Counted from the stretch's first letter, positions 24,670 to 38,417 are shown. The stretch: 64,000 nt of DNA from Selaginella moellendorffii (GCF_000143415.4 NW_003314315.1:819991-883990); one strand, 5' to 3'. The notes: a model not told the origin generated them from the sequence alone. Numbers and translations are program-made.

Positions 24670-25195
24670 TGCTACTGGAAAATAAACCTATGCTAGTGTT
24701 AGACATGGACAAGACATTAATCTATGCCCACAAAGCCACAATGTCCTCTTCAATGGGAAAACTATTCCACTTAAGCACTACCTTGTTGCAAAGAGGTTAA
24801 GTGTGAATAACTTTTTAAAAGAGATGAGTAAGATATATGAAATTGTGGTTTTTACTCAAGCAATGAAGCCATATGTAGACAAAATCTTGGATAGGCTTGA
24901 CCCAGTTGGGAATATTTTTCATCATCTATACAAAGATTTATGCTTGCTTAAGGAAGTCAGAGGGAAAAAGCTTGTAAAAAATCTTTTGAGACTAGGGTAG
25001 GACCTCAAACACACAGTGATTGTGGACAACAAGTCAAAATCCTTTTGCTTGTAGCTTAACAATGGAATTGTCATTCGTGCATTCAAAAATAAGAAAGGGC
25101 ATAAGTATTATGAATTGAAGACGATAAGCAATTTTCTTAAGAAAATTGTAAGTATTGAAGATGTAACACAAGCATTGGAGAAGCTAAAATGTTAG
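24670..25195 (+). pseudogene. CTD small phosphatase-like (NIF/FCP1 HAD family) pseudogene, intronless
   Basis: KPMLVLDMDKTL (DxDxT motif); YEIVVFTQAMKPYVDKILDRLDP; KNLLRLG*DLKHTVIVDN. Stops and a frameshift. Confidence 0.82.
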
Positions 25196-25373
25196 AAAAA
25201 AAAAAGAAACTCATGTAAAGATATAGCTCTACTGTTTATGCTGTAACACTGCTCACTCTAAATCGATTGTGCATTGTTTCCCTCATGAAAACAATGGCCA
25301 ATAATCATAATTAGAAAAGCATCTCCTGAGTAATAGCATTCATTATTTGAAAGCCAATCGATAATTGTGATAC

Positions 25374-26405
25374 TTAAGCAGCAGCGTCATCCACAGAGAG
25401 CCAATCGATATACTTTTGCAGAGAGAATTCGATGCAGCTCTTTGCATTCTCTTCAATCTATGCACCATAGAGCCTCTCAAAATCCCATGGCTCGATTAAC
25501 TGGCCTATCCTTTTAGCATGGCTTGACAAGAGTGGTACATACTCATTATGCTCACTGTTTTGTTGTCCATCCCCACCTACAAATCAAACATGGAGTGAGG
25601 AAAACAAAATGAAAACAAAGTTTGTAAACGAGAGAAGTTTATACCAGTAAGATATCTCCCATGAATAAAACACCCCTCTCTTGAGCTCCATGAGACCAGT
25701 GGAGGATTTGAGCACCAGCAAAATGGCCACCTAAATGTAAAAGAGTGAGTCCCTCCAAAACTTAACGTTTTCGTGCTGGTAAACCACCCATTTCTTATCC
25801 CTGCCAAAGTATTACAGAAAGATCGAAATGAAAGAGAGAAACAAAGGTAGACAATACCATTCGTGGATATATACCGGGACACCTCCCAAAGCCTCGCTCC
25901 ATCAAGAGTCTGTGCTGTAGTAATGCGGGTGAGAGATGGCAATCGCTCTCAATCCAACTAGTGACTTGATTATTAGAAATGAGATGCAGTCCCACAGTAT
26001 GTGTCCCTCTATCAAAAACATAAGAACCATAAAAAATGCACAACTGCCAGAGTCTGGATGAGAAACGCACGCTGTCCAATTCCAAACTTTGGAAAGGTTA
26101 TGATCTCGAAGACCTGCGGCTCATGCTTCTTGAAACCATTGCGAAACTGCAATCTCATCTTGCTCATGGACGTCCATGCCTGGCCTCCCTAAATCTAGAA
26201 GTCAGAAAACCTCGAGGGCAAAAATCTTAGATGGGCATACCTGGAACGAACTGGTGATCATCGGAGCAAATAATACAGGAGCCTTGGGAGGATGTTGGAG
26301 GGAACTCCACCCCAGAAGTCTTACAAATATGACCACGTATGGAGCGTGTGCCTCCAGAAGTTTGAAATCCGAGAGTGTTAACAGAATTTTCATGGTGTCG
26401 TTGTA
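25374..26405 (-). pseudogene. MBL-fold metallo-hydrolase of bacterial/fungal type (YmaE-like), intron-containing, disrupted
   Basis: GHICKTSG...CIICSDDHQFVP|GGQAWTS...PKFGIGQRAFLIQT...GHILWDCISF...AIAISHPHYYST...LGGHFAGAQILHW...FERLYGA*. TAG at 25458-25460 where W is expected. Confidence 0.78.
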
Positions 26406-27449
26406 GAAAGCAACAACGTTGTGAATTTCTTAGAAACATTAAGAGATAACCAAGATCTTAGTAGAAGGACAAACTTCAAAAACTTTTTGAAACTCAAGGA
26501 GAAAGATCGACAGACCTTGAGACCCTCTGGAGATAGACAAGCCAAGCCTCCTGTTTGAGCGGTGTTGGACGCTCCATTGAAGCAAGTGCATATAACACGG
26601 TTAAAGATGTTTCTTACTGGAAATCCATCGGTATAGAGCAGCTGATCGGGGACGATTGTCAGGTAGAACGCAGCGTATTTGGGGAGATCCAGTCTCTATG
26701 ATCACCTGCGCGAGAATTTCACTCGTTTAGTTCTAAATGACTTTTCTTGTACCTGTAGATGGTCTTAGGACAGTCGTTCGATACGTAGATCGTATAGTAG
26801 ATGTGCATTTCATGTAGTCAGTGCTGTCCTTTTGGAAAGTGCTGGTTTGTCCGATCATCAACATAACCGAAAACACTTTTTGCTGTGAAACAACTGGAAA
26901 AGAAAAAGCAAGAAGAGAGCAAACGGACAAAGAGCTTATCGGATAGGATGGATCTTGCACTGCCGCTGAGACGCTCAACCCAAACGTAAGCTGCGCAAAA
27001 CATTAGGAGATGATATCTATCGCCCGATAAACCAGCCTGCTCTCTGGGAAAGTTGTGTCCAGGATGACGAGTTTGGCTCCGGGACTAGACAAAGACAAGA
27101 TGATAGAGCTGTCAATTCATGAGCTTGCTGAACATACCGAGTTCTAAACCAATGCAAACACAGAAAGAACAAGAACCCACACTACGCAACTGATGGAGTA
27201 GAATTTTGTATGTGCATGTTCTTCCTGCTTTCTTGGGCTATCACGTTTGTTGGTTGTTCTTTGAAGTTAAAACTCGCTAGTCCATTTCCATTTCCGCTGT
27301 TCTTATAATCGTTGTGAGTTTTTATGGTATCAGGTGGAACGCGAGCAGTTTTCTAGCAACGTATAGGTTGTGGAGCAAGTGGCCAGGTTTAGAGACTGCT
27401 CCGAAAACCACCAATTAAGATTAGTTGCAGCACAACCATGAAAAGTTGA

Positions 27450-27501
27450 GCGGTGACCGTGGATCGAACACGTGGTCTTCAGTCTGATGCTTTCCCGAGC
27501 T
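27450..27501 (-). tRNA. tRNA-Phe(GAA) pseudogene with internal deletions and no 5' acceptor strand
   Basis: Plus strand gcggtgaccgtggatcgaacacgtggtcttcagtctgatgctttcccgagct matches the reverse complement of plant tRNA-Phe with one CTTCAG-containing repeat collapsed. T4 run downstream. Confidence 0.72.
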
Positions 27502-28509
27502 TAATAACATCAGTCCAATTCACAGCAATTCTTATTTGTCACGCTCAAACTCCATCAAACCCGGAGGATCCACTCCCAGATGTTGTACAGTGGCTACTCC
27601 ATCTTCAATCTCTTCCCAGCATCTGTGAGATCTTCTAACGAATGGCAACAACTTTCAGATGAGATTTCCTGGGGCAGCTCCGAGCAGTAGGACCGCGATG
27701 CGCGTTCTCTGTGATCGCCCCAATCTATTGTCATCGAAGCCGAAACGGGCATTTGTATGAAGCTCAATATGCCGTCCTTGATCAGTGAATCACTTGGACC
27801 GGATGATAAATAGCATTTGCCTCGAACGGGCATCTGGACGAACTTGGATATCTGTTTCTCTTTGGGTTATGACTATGGATTACGACGCTTCAAAGACTTA
27901 TCAACATAAGAACATCAATTTTAATTTTTTTGGATCTTAAGAAGATTTCAACTTACTGCATCCTAAGACCAACGACAAGAATGTTGTTGCTGAAACATTG
28001 CTGGCGACCTGTTTGGTTTCAGTTTCTCCTCCCGGAAGTTTAAGAAGAAGCGGCTGCTCAACCGGCTGCTGGCACAAGAACCGTCTCGGGCATGGTCGGG
28101 AATAACTGCGAAAGGTAAACTCTTTACCCAAAGCTGTGGAATCTACTTAACGCAAGATTTGCAGATTCCATCCCGAAAAGTGACTCAAATGTAATGGATG
28201 CTACTGTATTCACGAGATACTACAGACTTTTAGCAAGAATCTGGACCAGAGCTCCAGCACCGGGAAAAACAGTAGCAGTAGCAGCGAATCACTTCTGCAT
28301 CACCAATTGCCAGCAAGAACAAGTTGAAATGGAAAAAGACAAGTCAAGCTTCCATCAAATAAATAAATAAATAATAGTTATGTAGAATCACTATTAAAGG
28401 TCACCATTTAACTTCCACCCCACTTATCAGAAAGGGGAGTGCTGTGGTATGGGCAGAGAGGAATGGTGTGCCCGAGTCCACACCATTGCGTTTCGGAATT
28501 TAGAGAACC

Positions 28510-28900
28510 GGTTAGCTTCTCATGTTTGTCTCGATCTCGTTCTTCAAGGCCCGAAGGCTGGCGTCCTTGGGGGCCTTTTTCTATAGCTTGATCGCACAAG
28601 CTCAATCCTTCACGAAGCTTCTCCAGTTCAATTGCAGCTTTTGCGCCTCGAAACATTGCCTGGAGGTACTAACCGCTGAATCAATGTAAATGCTAGGATC
28701 AACGGACGTTACCTTGACATTGGACGAATTACCACGCAGTCCACACCGGGCGTTTTCAAAGGCGTGCCTGTAATTGGCCATTTTGAGATGAACTTGTGCT
28801 CCGTTTGAGAGCAGCACCGATTTCTCCTGCTCCAGATTGGTCTGCGCAATTGTCCGAGTGTACCGATCCAGCGCACTCTCGTATTCTCCCCGATCATAGA
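28510..28900 (-). pseudogene. TPR protein fragment (TTC4/CNS1-like)
   Basis: LLSNGAQVHLKMANYRHAFENA...NVK|AMFRGAKAAIELEKLREGLSLCDQA resembles TPR helices. Confidence 0.6.
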
Positions 28901-28911
28901 ATGTCTTACCT

Positions 28912-30011
28912 TCAGCCTAGAAACAAGAAAGACACCCTCGGAAACAACTCATGGAGATTATCTGTCACCTGCAATTCTGATACACTGGGTTCCATTCCCA
29001 TGGCCTCCTCGTCCACACACATGAGCGCCATGAGAGCTCGGAATCCACCGCCAACCTTGTTACGCTTCCAGACATTCAACAGCTGAACTGTGCTTTCAAC
29101 CGGGAAAAGAGATCCTGCCACGAACTTGAAAATCTCAAACTCTCCCCACGTTGCAACGGCGCCAAGCGCAAACTTCCTGGTGGGATGCATCTCGAAGACG
29201 CGATCTTGCATCGCATACATGAGCCCCCCAAGCGCATCCTGATAGTCTTTGTCGTTATGATCTCCCAGGGCGCAGACGTGCATGATACACACCACATTCC
29301 CTTCAGCGGAGCGATCATAGAAGACGGTGTTGTCCTCTTTCTTGAAGTGGGACTTGACAGGCGCAGACGATGACACGATGGCATCCAGCATCCTCTCATA
29401 GAGCAAAGCTTCACTTGGAATTTCTATCGAGTAGAACTCGCGCCTGAACTCCGCTACAGTTCTCATCTCCAACGTCCGCCTTGGAGAAGTAGAGACTCAG
29501 ATCCCTGCTGGGTCTCGGGTCTCGATGCCATCTGGTTGTACTGGCGTGCTGCAGCAATGTTCCGCTTGAGATCCGCTGCAAACCATTTCGAGAAATCTTA
29601 GATGATCGCTCGCTGGGCATTTTCTTACCTGGAGCGAGAAGACCTCTAGCTTTGAAGGCGTCGCTCGCTTTCTCGCTCAAGCCACGGAGATCCTCATACG
29701 TCCACTGTTTCAGAGTCACGTCACTGTAGATCTTAAGCGCCACCACTTTCCCCCACGAAAACTTCATCCACTACTCTTTCCACGCTCATGCTCAAGAACC
29801 CTAACTTCGCTAGCATCAGAGGAAAAGTAAAATAGTTTGGTAGGAAGAATGATTTTGTGACCTTGGATGATGCTGAACCGAGATCAAACAGTGATGGGCA
29901 CTTTACGAGGAGGCTGTGGACCAGTTTGCAGGGCGAGTTGAGAATGTCTTCCATTGCCAGATGCAGCACCAATCCATCATCTGTGCAGAGGGTGAGTTCT
30001 TCAGGTTCCAA
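28912..30011 (-). pseudogene. Hypothetical protein, probably frameshifted, abutting the TPR fragment
   Basis: Coding-like ORFs 29733, 29411 and 28912 lie in different frames. A donor-like site at about 28908 leads into the TPR exon. Confidence 0.4.
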
Positions 30012-30739
30012 CGGGAAATGTTGACTAAGTGACCATCTAGTCTACTGGTGTTATGCGTTTGAACTTGGACCATCGTCATTGTCTCCCGTGGCTGGACTGA
30101 TGTGGGAGAGCCAGCATCGTCAATTCCTTTACATGAAATTGGAGTAACTGCCATACAGCTAAGTTTGCAAGCGTTAACTCTCTGGAGTATGCTCCTGTGG
30201 GAGACAAGGAGACGGGACCCAATGACCCAGAACTGACTCAGTTATAGTATGTTTTATTCTCTTATTTACGTTGTCATGATCCATCCTGGAAACATTGGTG
30301 GCCACATGGAGCTGCTTGGACGTGAAGTGAGCTAGCTTGCCACTAGCAAAGTTGTTGCTCTTACTCTTGTGTTCTTGAGAATTCTTATGGCCAACACAGA
30401 ACTCCAATAGCACTTTCCAGTTCTTGAAATAAGTGGTACACCCTACACCCTTTGAGCCCATGTTTTGCCCAAACTCTCCCACCTTGATCTCCCCTGGAAT
30501 GCGCTAAAGGCATTACCCATGGCACTGTTGGGCAGGATCGCCTTCTTGGACCTCAGCTATCTTTCACCCATACCATATAAACCCTAAACCCTGGAATATA
30601 AATTGAAATTTTTACAATGTGGGATTATATTGTCACCACACACAAAACACACATATGTTTTTTTAATTGTGTCGGGATTGGGTAATTTGTGCATTTGTTG
30701 CCTTCCTTAACTTGCAAGTTTGTTGGATTCTCTACCACT

Positions 30740-31243
30740 TGGAACAATGTAGGTAAAGGAAATCGACAAAATGGATTTATAACTTCAAGAGAAGGATTGG
30801 CTTTGGTTGGGCTTAGGGGTCTACAGCTTGACCTTCTAGGCTGCTGGCAGTCAGCCTGAGCTACCTGTGCAGCGAGGGCAAGCCCCTGTGTGCCAACTTG
30901 GTGAGCATCAAACAATTGGCTCAAAACTGGAATGGACAAATTGTTTAATTAAAATAAAGCATTGTGATGGTTTTTATAGATGTTGACACAATATGATTTC
31001 TACCTAGTTCTTTGAATGTCAAAGTGAAGGAATTCAACCAAACGTAGGTAAATGGCAAGAGTAGCTATAACTCTCTTAAAGTAGCCAAATGCCTCATCAT
31101 CTAATTAGTGATGCGCATGAATGGATTAATGAGATTCCCATTGTCCCTATGTACTATTTAGTGAAACCACATCCAAGAGAACAAGCTTGGAAGAATCAAT
31201 GGGGAAAGAAGACTCTATTAAGCTTAACTCTAGTGTGACTTTG
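30740..31243 (+). rRNA. Degenerate 25S/26S rDNA fragment (pseudogene)
   Basis: tgaatgtcaaagtgaag...gtagccaaatgcctcatcatctaattagtgatgcgcatgaatggattaa...ggggaaagaagac matches the conserved LSU core, with many C>T and G>A changes. Confidence 0.92.
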
Positions 31244-32214
31244 TCAACAGGGTTTTTATTCTTTAGCGTTTATAAAACTATAGAGTTTGGTTTCAACATG
31301 CTTGAAATTGAGAAAGACCATTTCAAGAGTGGGGGGATGGGGTGATGGAGATAAAGCCAAATTGGAACTTAAGTCTATGTCCATTGTAATCCAGATGGTC
31401 AAAGTCCTTCATGAGGAGCCCATAAACTTAAGAAGGTACATGTTTTGTCATTTTTGGACAAGTATTGCTAAAGCCATAGTGGTGGTTTCCATGTCCATAT
31501 TATCTTCACCAACCTTGCCTTCATGTCTAAAGAAGGGCCACAAAGGTCTTTCCTTGGCAATCTTTTCTTCATCTCCTTTTTTGATAATTGTGTCAAGTAG
31601 GGTTGCTAGTGAGATGAATAATTGACGATGATAGTATATCTAAATTTCATTCTATGATCATATACGATACAATATATATCCCTCTATTGCCACTATGTCA
31701 GGTCCCATTTTAATTTGTCCATTATCTATTCAAAACTAATAATATCATTTCTCTGGTATAGCCAGGCCTATGTTTGTTATCTTTTCCATTTGGATAACAC
31801 AAATTAAATTGGCATGATGTAGATCTAGGAGTTCCTTATATTCAGAGGTGAGGATGGGGAATAGCCTTCTAGCATATCCTGCCTTGAAAATTTGTCCAAA
31901 GGGTATATTGGGAGGGCATAAATGATATTGCCATTTAGCTTCCACCAAGTCTTTTACAATTTGGATATCTTGGAACATGATATGAAAATTTCAAACCATC
32001 TTCCACCTCGTCAAACAATCATGCTTGGAGGCATTATAGCTGCCTAAGACCCCTTTCCATTGGTTTATCCAATCACAATTGTTGGTTGTCTAGTTTTCTT
32101 AGATCATAATACGAAGGTGTATAATCCCACCTTATGTAGGTTCTAGAAAGTCTAATCTAGGCTACACTCTTCCAATTCTTTGAGCATTTTTCCATTTACC
32201 TAGACTAGCCTTTG

Positions 32215-32600
32215 CAGATAACAGACCACTTATTAACCACAGTTGAATAACATTTTCCCATTTGCTTAGAACCACTTATTAACTATAGCTGGATAACATT
32301 TTCTTGTTTATCTAGAACCACTTATTCAATTAAGGTTGGTCCAACTATTCTTTGGAGTGGGGCCATTTTCCCATCTTGTATTTGAATTGACTCTATACTT
32401 TGAAAAGTTTTCTTGAAAAAGTGGTAAAGAAATGGTTCTAGATAAATGGGAAAAGTGGTTAACAAGTGGTTCTAGATAAACAGGAAAATGGGAAAACTTC
32501 CTATTAATCATAGCTAAACAACATTTTCTTACCTGGACTAATCTAGCTATTCTTTGGAGTGGGGCCATTTTCACATTAACTTGCATTTGAATTGACTCTA
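32215..32600. repeat. Cluster of direct and inverted ~45-55 bp repeats
   Basis: agaaccacttatt...ataacatttt three times, with inverted copies gtggttctagataaa. tattctttggagtggggccatttt...tttgaattgactctat twice. Confidence 0.6.
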
Positions 32601-32727
32601 TTCCTAAAGAAGAATCAAATCTATAAATGGATTTAAGAATGTCAAAAAACTTTTAACATACTTAAGAATTCATTGATAAAAGCTCCAATACTTGCTTAAT
32701 CAAACTAGAGCAAAGACTTCAACATTT

Positions 32728-32875
32728 AAGTTGATGCCTCTGACTATGTAATAGGAGCAATTCATTCACAACAATAAGAAAACCTCAAAAATTGACCAAT
32801 CTACTATACCAGTCAAAAACTCAATTCAGCTAAAATGAACTACACCATTACAGAAAAAGAAGCTTTTGGAGCATA
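32728..32875 (+). mobile_element. Decayed gypsy RNase H remnant
   Basis: VDASDYVIGA and PIYYTSQKLNSAKMNYTITEKEA. Confidence 0.65.
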
Positions 32876-35800
32876 AGAGTCCACAACCTAATATTAACCA
32901 TTAAACTCCATTAAATTTGACTGAGGTAAAGCATAGTCCTCAACTACCCATAAACCATATCTATTTCACTGAGAAATAATGGAAAGGCTAATGCTCAATT
33001 AAACTTACATTCCAAGAACAATGATATTCCATGGAGCATAAAAAATTAGCCTTACATTTAAAAACATTATTTTGAGTCTTGGGACTCCAACCTTAAAACT
33101 CATGGACATAAAGAAGTGGTGGTTGCCACCATATAGAATTGGTTAAAAGAATGAATTAACACTTGAACTTTATCTCTATCTATTTTGTACTTTGGCTTTC
33201 CATCATCAATGTATGTCCACATGCTCAAGATTCAGAATACACAAGTAATGCTAAACTTATCCTTGCTCACAACCTCAATAAAAATCTTCTTAAATATCAA
33301 AAACCTCCAATTACTCTTCCCTCTCATTCTTTGTATGATTGTTTGTATCTAACTAAAGTAGAGCACAAAATTAAGTCAAGCAAGTGCAATAATAAACATC
33401 CACTCCACTCTTCCCTTCTTTTCTCTTTCTCTCTTATCCTATATTTATTTCTTTCTTGGTTTTTAGGCACATAAAAACAACATAGTTTTCATTCTATCAA
33501 TCATAGGAAAAATTATAAATAGCATGCAATCTTTCTAATATTTGGAATCTCATTCCAAATTGAAGATAATTTAGTCTTTCTTTAAAATACACTCTAGAGG
33601 GGACATTAGTGAGTTGCATTGCTAGTGGGATTTATGATGTAGTGTATGTGTAGACATTTACCATATATAGTTTTTCCAAAAAATGATATTAAGAACTATA
33701 TAAGGACTATACTATAAACTAAAAAATATTATAAAACTATTTAAAAAATTAGAATAGTAAAATTATATATCAAATTAGATAATTTAATTTTGTCCTATAT
33801 AGTTTTCTCATATTCAAAGTCCTATTTGTCTCACTTATATAACTAAAATTTATAAAAACACATTATTTGGCTTGTTATATTATTTGTAAGTGTTGAAGGA
33901 CTATCAAACATTTTACTCAATTATTGAGGTAAAAGTTTGGAGTATTTGGAATAATTAACTTATTTGTTGCTTTAGTCGCTATAACTCTAGGTTGTGCTTT
34001 TAGAGATTGCTCTACTACCTTAAAAACAATAGGTATAGCCACATGTAAAGACTCCAAGCATATCCTACTTGCAATTAGATAGTTATATTAATTAATATGA
34101 ACAACAACTGTAGTGAATATTACAATGTTTTGGATTACATAAAATATATAAATTCCAAATTTATCTTTTATACCATATAAATTACATTTCATGAAACTAA
34201 ACTTCTTTGTAAGTACTTCACCATGTTTGGGTCAAATATATAATATATTATGAAATTGATTGTTATTAAACTCTTGAAATTGGTCATAAAATTGGCATTT
34301 CAAATTGAAGAATTAAAGGAGTCTAACATAATTACTTTATTGTACTTTTTTAGAAAATTAATTTGCTCTCCACACCATAAACTTTACCCAAATGTGCCCA
34401 TGCAACTCTGGTTGCATTCCCTCTATTTAATTTTTAAAAGGTGAAAAACCAAGTCTTAATCATACTCTTTGAGAAGTTTGGAATGGCTCATAGAAGTTCT
34501 TGCATTGATATTTTTGAATCTATGTGCTTGTAATTAGTATATTCTTTGAAGTATAAACCCATTGCTCACATGTTTGTTGTATCCAAATGTTTTGTTAAGT
34601 TATTCATTGAAGAGTTTACCATTGTTAAGGATCCTTGTTGAAGTGAAAACCTTTCCACTCTAGATAGATGTAGCACTAAATTCACTATAAACTCCTCTAG
34701 CTAAAACTTTACTTCTATTATTAGATCTGGTGCAAAATAAGTTTTCTTTGCTATAGAGAACTCTATAGTAGTAACCCAAACAATCCCATATCTAGAACCC
34801 TTTATAACATTTTAACACAATTTACTGGAAGCTCAACAAAAGCATATTTCTCTATCAATAACTCCATCTTTTATTTTCAAGCCATGTTCATAAGATGGCG
34901 TATGGGCATATTGTCTTAGATCTACAAATGGGTGTTCTTACTTAAATTGGCAAAGTTGAACAACATTATAATGCATTTGGAAACTAACTCTAAAAGTGTC
35001 AATGTAAGCAATAAAAAAAAAATAGATTAAGAAATAGTCTATTAATGTTCAAATATAGAGGGAAAGGTCGCATGAATAAACATACATTCTATTTTTTTAA
35101 TGGTTAAAGATTTTGGGATATATAGAATGTTGCCAACATTGCTGATCAAAGATTGTAGAGTGCTTGAGGTGTGATATTTTGCCACTATGGAGCAATCTAG
35201 GAAAGATCACCATGGAAATCATCCTTAGGGTTGTGATTCTTTAAATCCCTGGTGGAAAGGTGGTCTGAATTTTGGAATGCTTTCTTCTAGTGCCAACAGT
35301 AATAACTTAGTCAAGATTAAATAGAAGTCAATAAATGTATGACTTGAGGAATTAATATCTAGGCATTGTGATCATAGATGGTGGAACTATCTTGTTTTGC
35401 AAAAGCTCATGACATTATGCACCTCACTTCAAGAAAGGGATGAGGGCCAAGAAAGGTTCCATAATTTGAATAATATTGAGAACCTCTTAGGAAGTCTAAA
35501 TTCATGAATTTACATTTGGCATTCTCAAGCTTAACTTAGTTGGTTAACTATGGGAATCAGAACACATATTGAGATTTATATCAACACAATTTTATAATAG
35601 GTTTGGAAATTAGCTCATGGGCATATAGGCTCGTCAATATGCTTAGATGTAACCAGCTCTCACCATAGCTAAAACCCTAAGTTAACCTCTATTTTTATAA
35701 GTATGATAGTCTATCTAAATTAGGCCAATTTTTTTTCATCCATTTTAATTAAAGCTTATATATTTTTCTCATCTACTACTATAAGAAGTGATCACCAAAC

Positions 35801-38417
35801 TTTATAGGTATCCAGATTTGGCAATTAATAATGTCAGATGCAAGTTAAACCGGTAAATATTGTGTTTTTACATCATGTCCTTTGGAAAAATCTTTGTAAG
35901 GTTTAGGTAACCAATCAATATGCAACATGGTTCGGGCTGAGGGAGTAAGTGTGTGTGACACTTGTTTTCTTCCTGTGCTCCCTTTTTTACTATAGCTCCT
36001 CCTTTACCCTTGCAGCCACAAGGCTTTTCACCTCAATTTGCCTTTCGAAGGCAAATTTTAAGCATAGCTCCTCCTCATGGGTGAAGTTTCCTAGTACCAA
36101 GGTTTCCTCCTTGCTCCAGGTTTCTCTTTGCTAGCATTCCTCAAAAGAGTCAAGTAGTTGCTGGTTTGACATTCATTGGAACTGTTTAACAGGTGACAAC
36201 TTGGCTCTTGCATGCATATGTGTGCCCATAAGCAATGTTTAATTCTTCCTCACTAGTTCTCAATAGAAATGCAGGGAAAGGTATTTCTCACTGTTGTGGG
36301 CATATGCCATGATCATCATGTTTCATGAGCAAGGCAATTGTTGTGGCATGGAATCAAAGATGATCCCACTCAGCTAGAGCACCAAGGTTTGAGAATTCAA
36401 GTCATGGGCTTTAGGGTGTGCATATATCTCCCATAGCAATGCAAGTGCAGATGGGAGTAGCTCTTCCATATGTGTGTCTGCAAGCAGTGGTTTGCTGGGG
36501 TGTTCACGGAGCATGGGTTCAAGTTAACTGGAGCATCTTGTAAAGCAGGTGTCCCCACCCTGGCCATCTGTAAAAACAAGTTGTTCAAGAGCTTTTCCAT
36601 GTTTGTAAAAGTTGGGACATGTGATGCAGCTTGCATTAATATCTCTCAACCTTCTTCTTCCACACTTGGCTATATGGATGGTGATTAGAAATTTGGTTGT
36701 TCTTTTTCTTTCTTTTAGGGTTCCAATCTCCCAATCACTTCAATGCAGCTTGCTCTATATTATTCTTTTGCTTTGGCTGAGCATGGTGAGCCAAAGAGTT
36801 GCTTCATATGGAGTTGGTCAATGTTGTTATACATAAAAGAGTTGTGCATAGTTTGGATTAGTCAAGGCTGGGTTTGCCTTGTTTTAAATGGAACTTCTTT
36901 TAAAGATGATTAACTGTACAGAAGTATCTAGGGCATTCTATTTCAGGCAGCAAGCATCAACCACAGTTTATCGGCTTCAAAAGGTTTCATGGTCCTAATA
37001 ATTTTCTTCTCCCTCGGATAGCACGTGAAGTTCATATATCAAGCCGTCCCTCTTGCTCATGCAAAGTTCCTATGTCAGGTCGTCACTACTAGGTTCTTAA
37101 GCACAATAACTTTGAAGCATAAGTTGCTTTCTTGGGCACTAGATTGATGCTGCTTTGTGCTATGTGAGCCAGCCAAGGCAGGGAGACTAGGTGCTAAAAT
37201 CTTAGAGCACTTGTAGGTCTTGTGGCTCTTCCTTGCCTAGGCTTTCCGCTAGTTCAGCTCAACTGCAGAGACATCCACTGGTGCAAGAACTACAGTGGGT
37301 CACATCTCTTAAAGAGCATCGTAAATGTGTGTCTTTAGGCTGGGTTTAAGTAGGTGGTTTGAAAGATTGCACAAATACTTGGAAAACTTCTCACACGAAG
37401 GATAGTGTGCAAGAAAAAAAGAGTGACAAGACTTGGTTGTGCAGCCCATTTTGGTGGGTTCTTGGTTGGTGGTGAGCAGCAAGCTCTTGCGAGCTTTCGA
37501 TTGCAATGCTCTCTCTTAGCTAAATGTCTCCAACATTGCTAATAGAGACTAGAGCAGCTGCATGGTCCATCCAGCATGACACCACATTGTTTTGTGTATT
37601 TTGTAAGCAATTGCTTATGTAACTATTAGATGTGTTAGCAGTAGCAGCACAGCTTAGTTAAATTGAATTAAGTGAAACTGGGTTCTTTTAGTTTGGCATT
37701 CTATTAATTTGCCAAACTAAACTAAGTTAAATACTTAATTTATATTAGCAATAATTATTTTTAGTTATTACTTTGACTTTGTTTGTCTGGATAGTAAGAT
37801 TTTAGTGTTCTAAAGGTATTTATATTCCCAACACCTATATTAATAAAAAATTTCTTAGTAATTCTTCTTTTACTTTGTCTGAATAGTAATATATTGATAA
37901 TTAGGATTAAAAATGAGAGATAATATAAATAAGATCTAAACAAGATCCTTAATGTTAAGAAATACAAAAGATGCAATTGAAATTATCCTAGCCATGGGTT
38001 GCAAAAAAATATTGCATTAAATTCTAGATATTTGTATGCACCTAGCATTTGCTGGGAAATATTAATCTAAACTAGAAGACAATCAATCTGACAATGATAG
38101 CTACTAATGTAGCAAAGATAATTCCTTTGGTCACATTGGCCACAATCCTCACACGAAGCTGTTTGGAGCAAGGCGATGCCCTCAGCGTGTACCAAGTGGA
38201 GCTTCTGGATCGCCTTCTTTAAAATCCCTTTCCAACTCCGTGGCGACCCCTTGGACTCCTCCAAATCGTGTGGTGCTTCAGTATCCAGCCTAAAGTCGCG
38301 GCAGTGGCCCAAAAAAGTGTGATTCTCTCGCTGCACCAAACGAGCGATTAAGTCAATGCAAGTACTGCGTCCCATATCACCCATGCTTTGTATTACAGAT
38401 TGGGCTTCACAGGAATC

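Noticed and set aside
30578-30592. taaaccctaaaccct as interstitial telomere
   Set aside because: Only two units; better read as a telo-box.
38041-38075. Possible Helitron 3' end (hairpin cctagcatttgctggg then CTAA/CTAG)
   Set aside because: CTRR is not followed by T, and no matching 5' end was identified.
38067-38384. 105-aa ORF downstream of the Lnt-like gene
   Set aside because: No recognisable motif or splice support.
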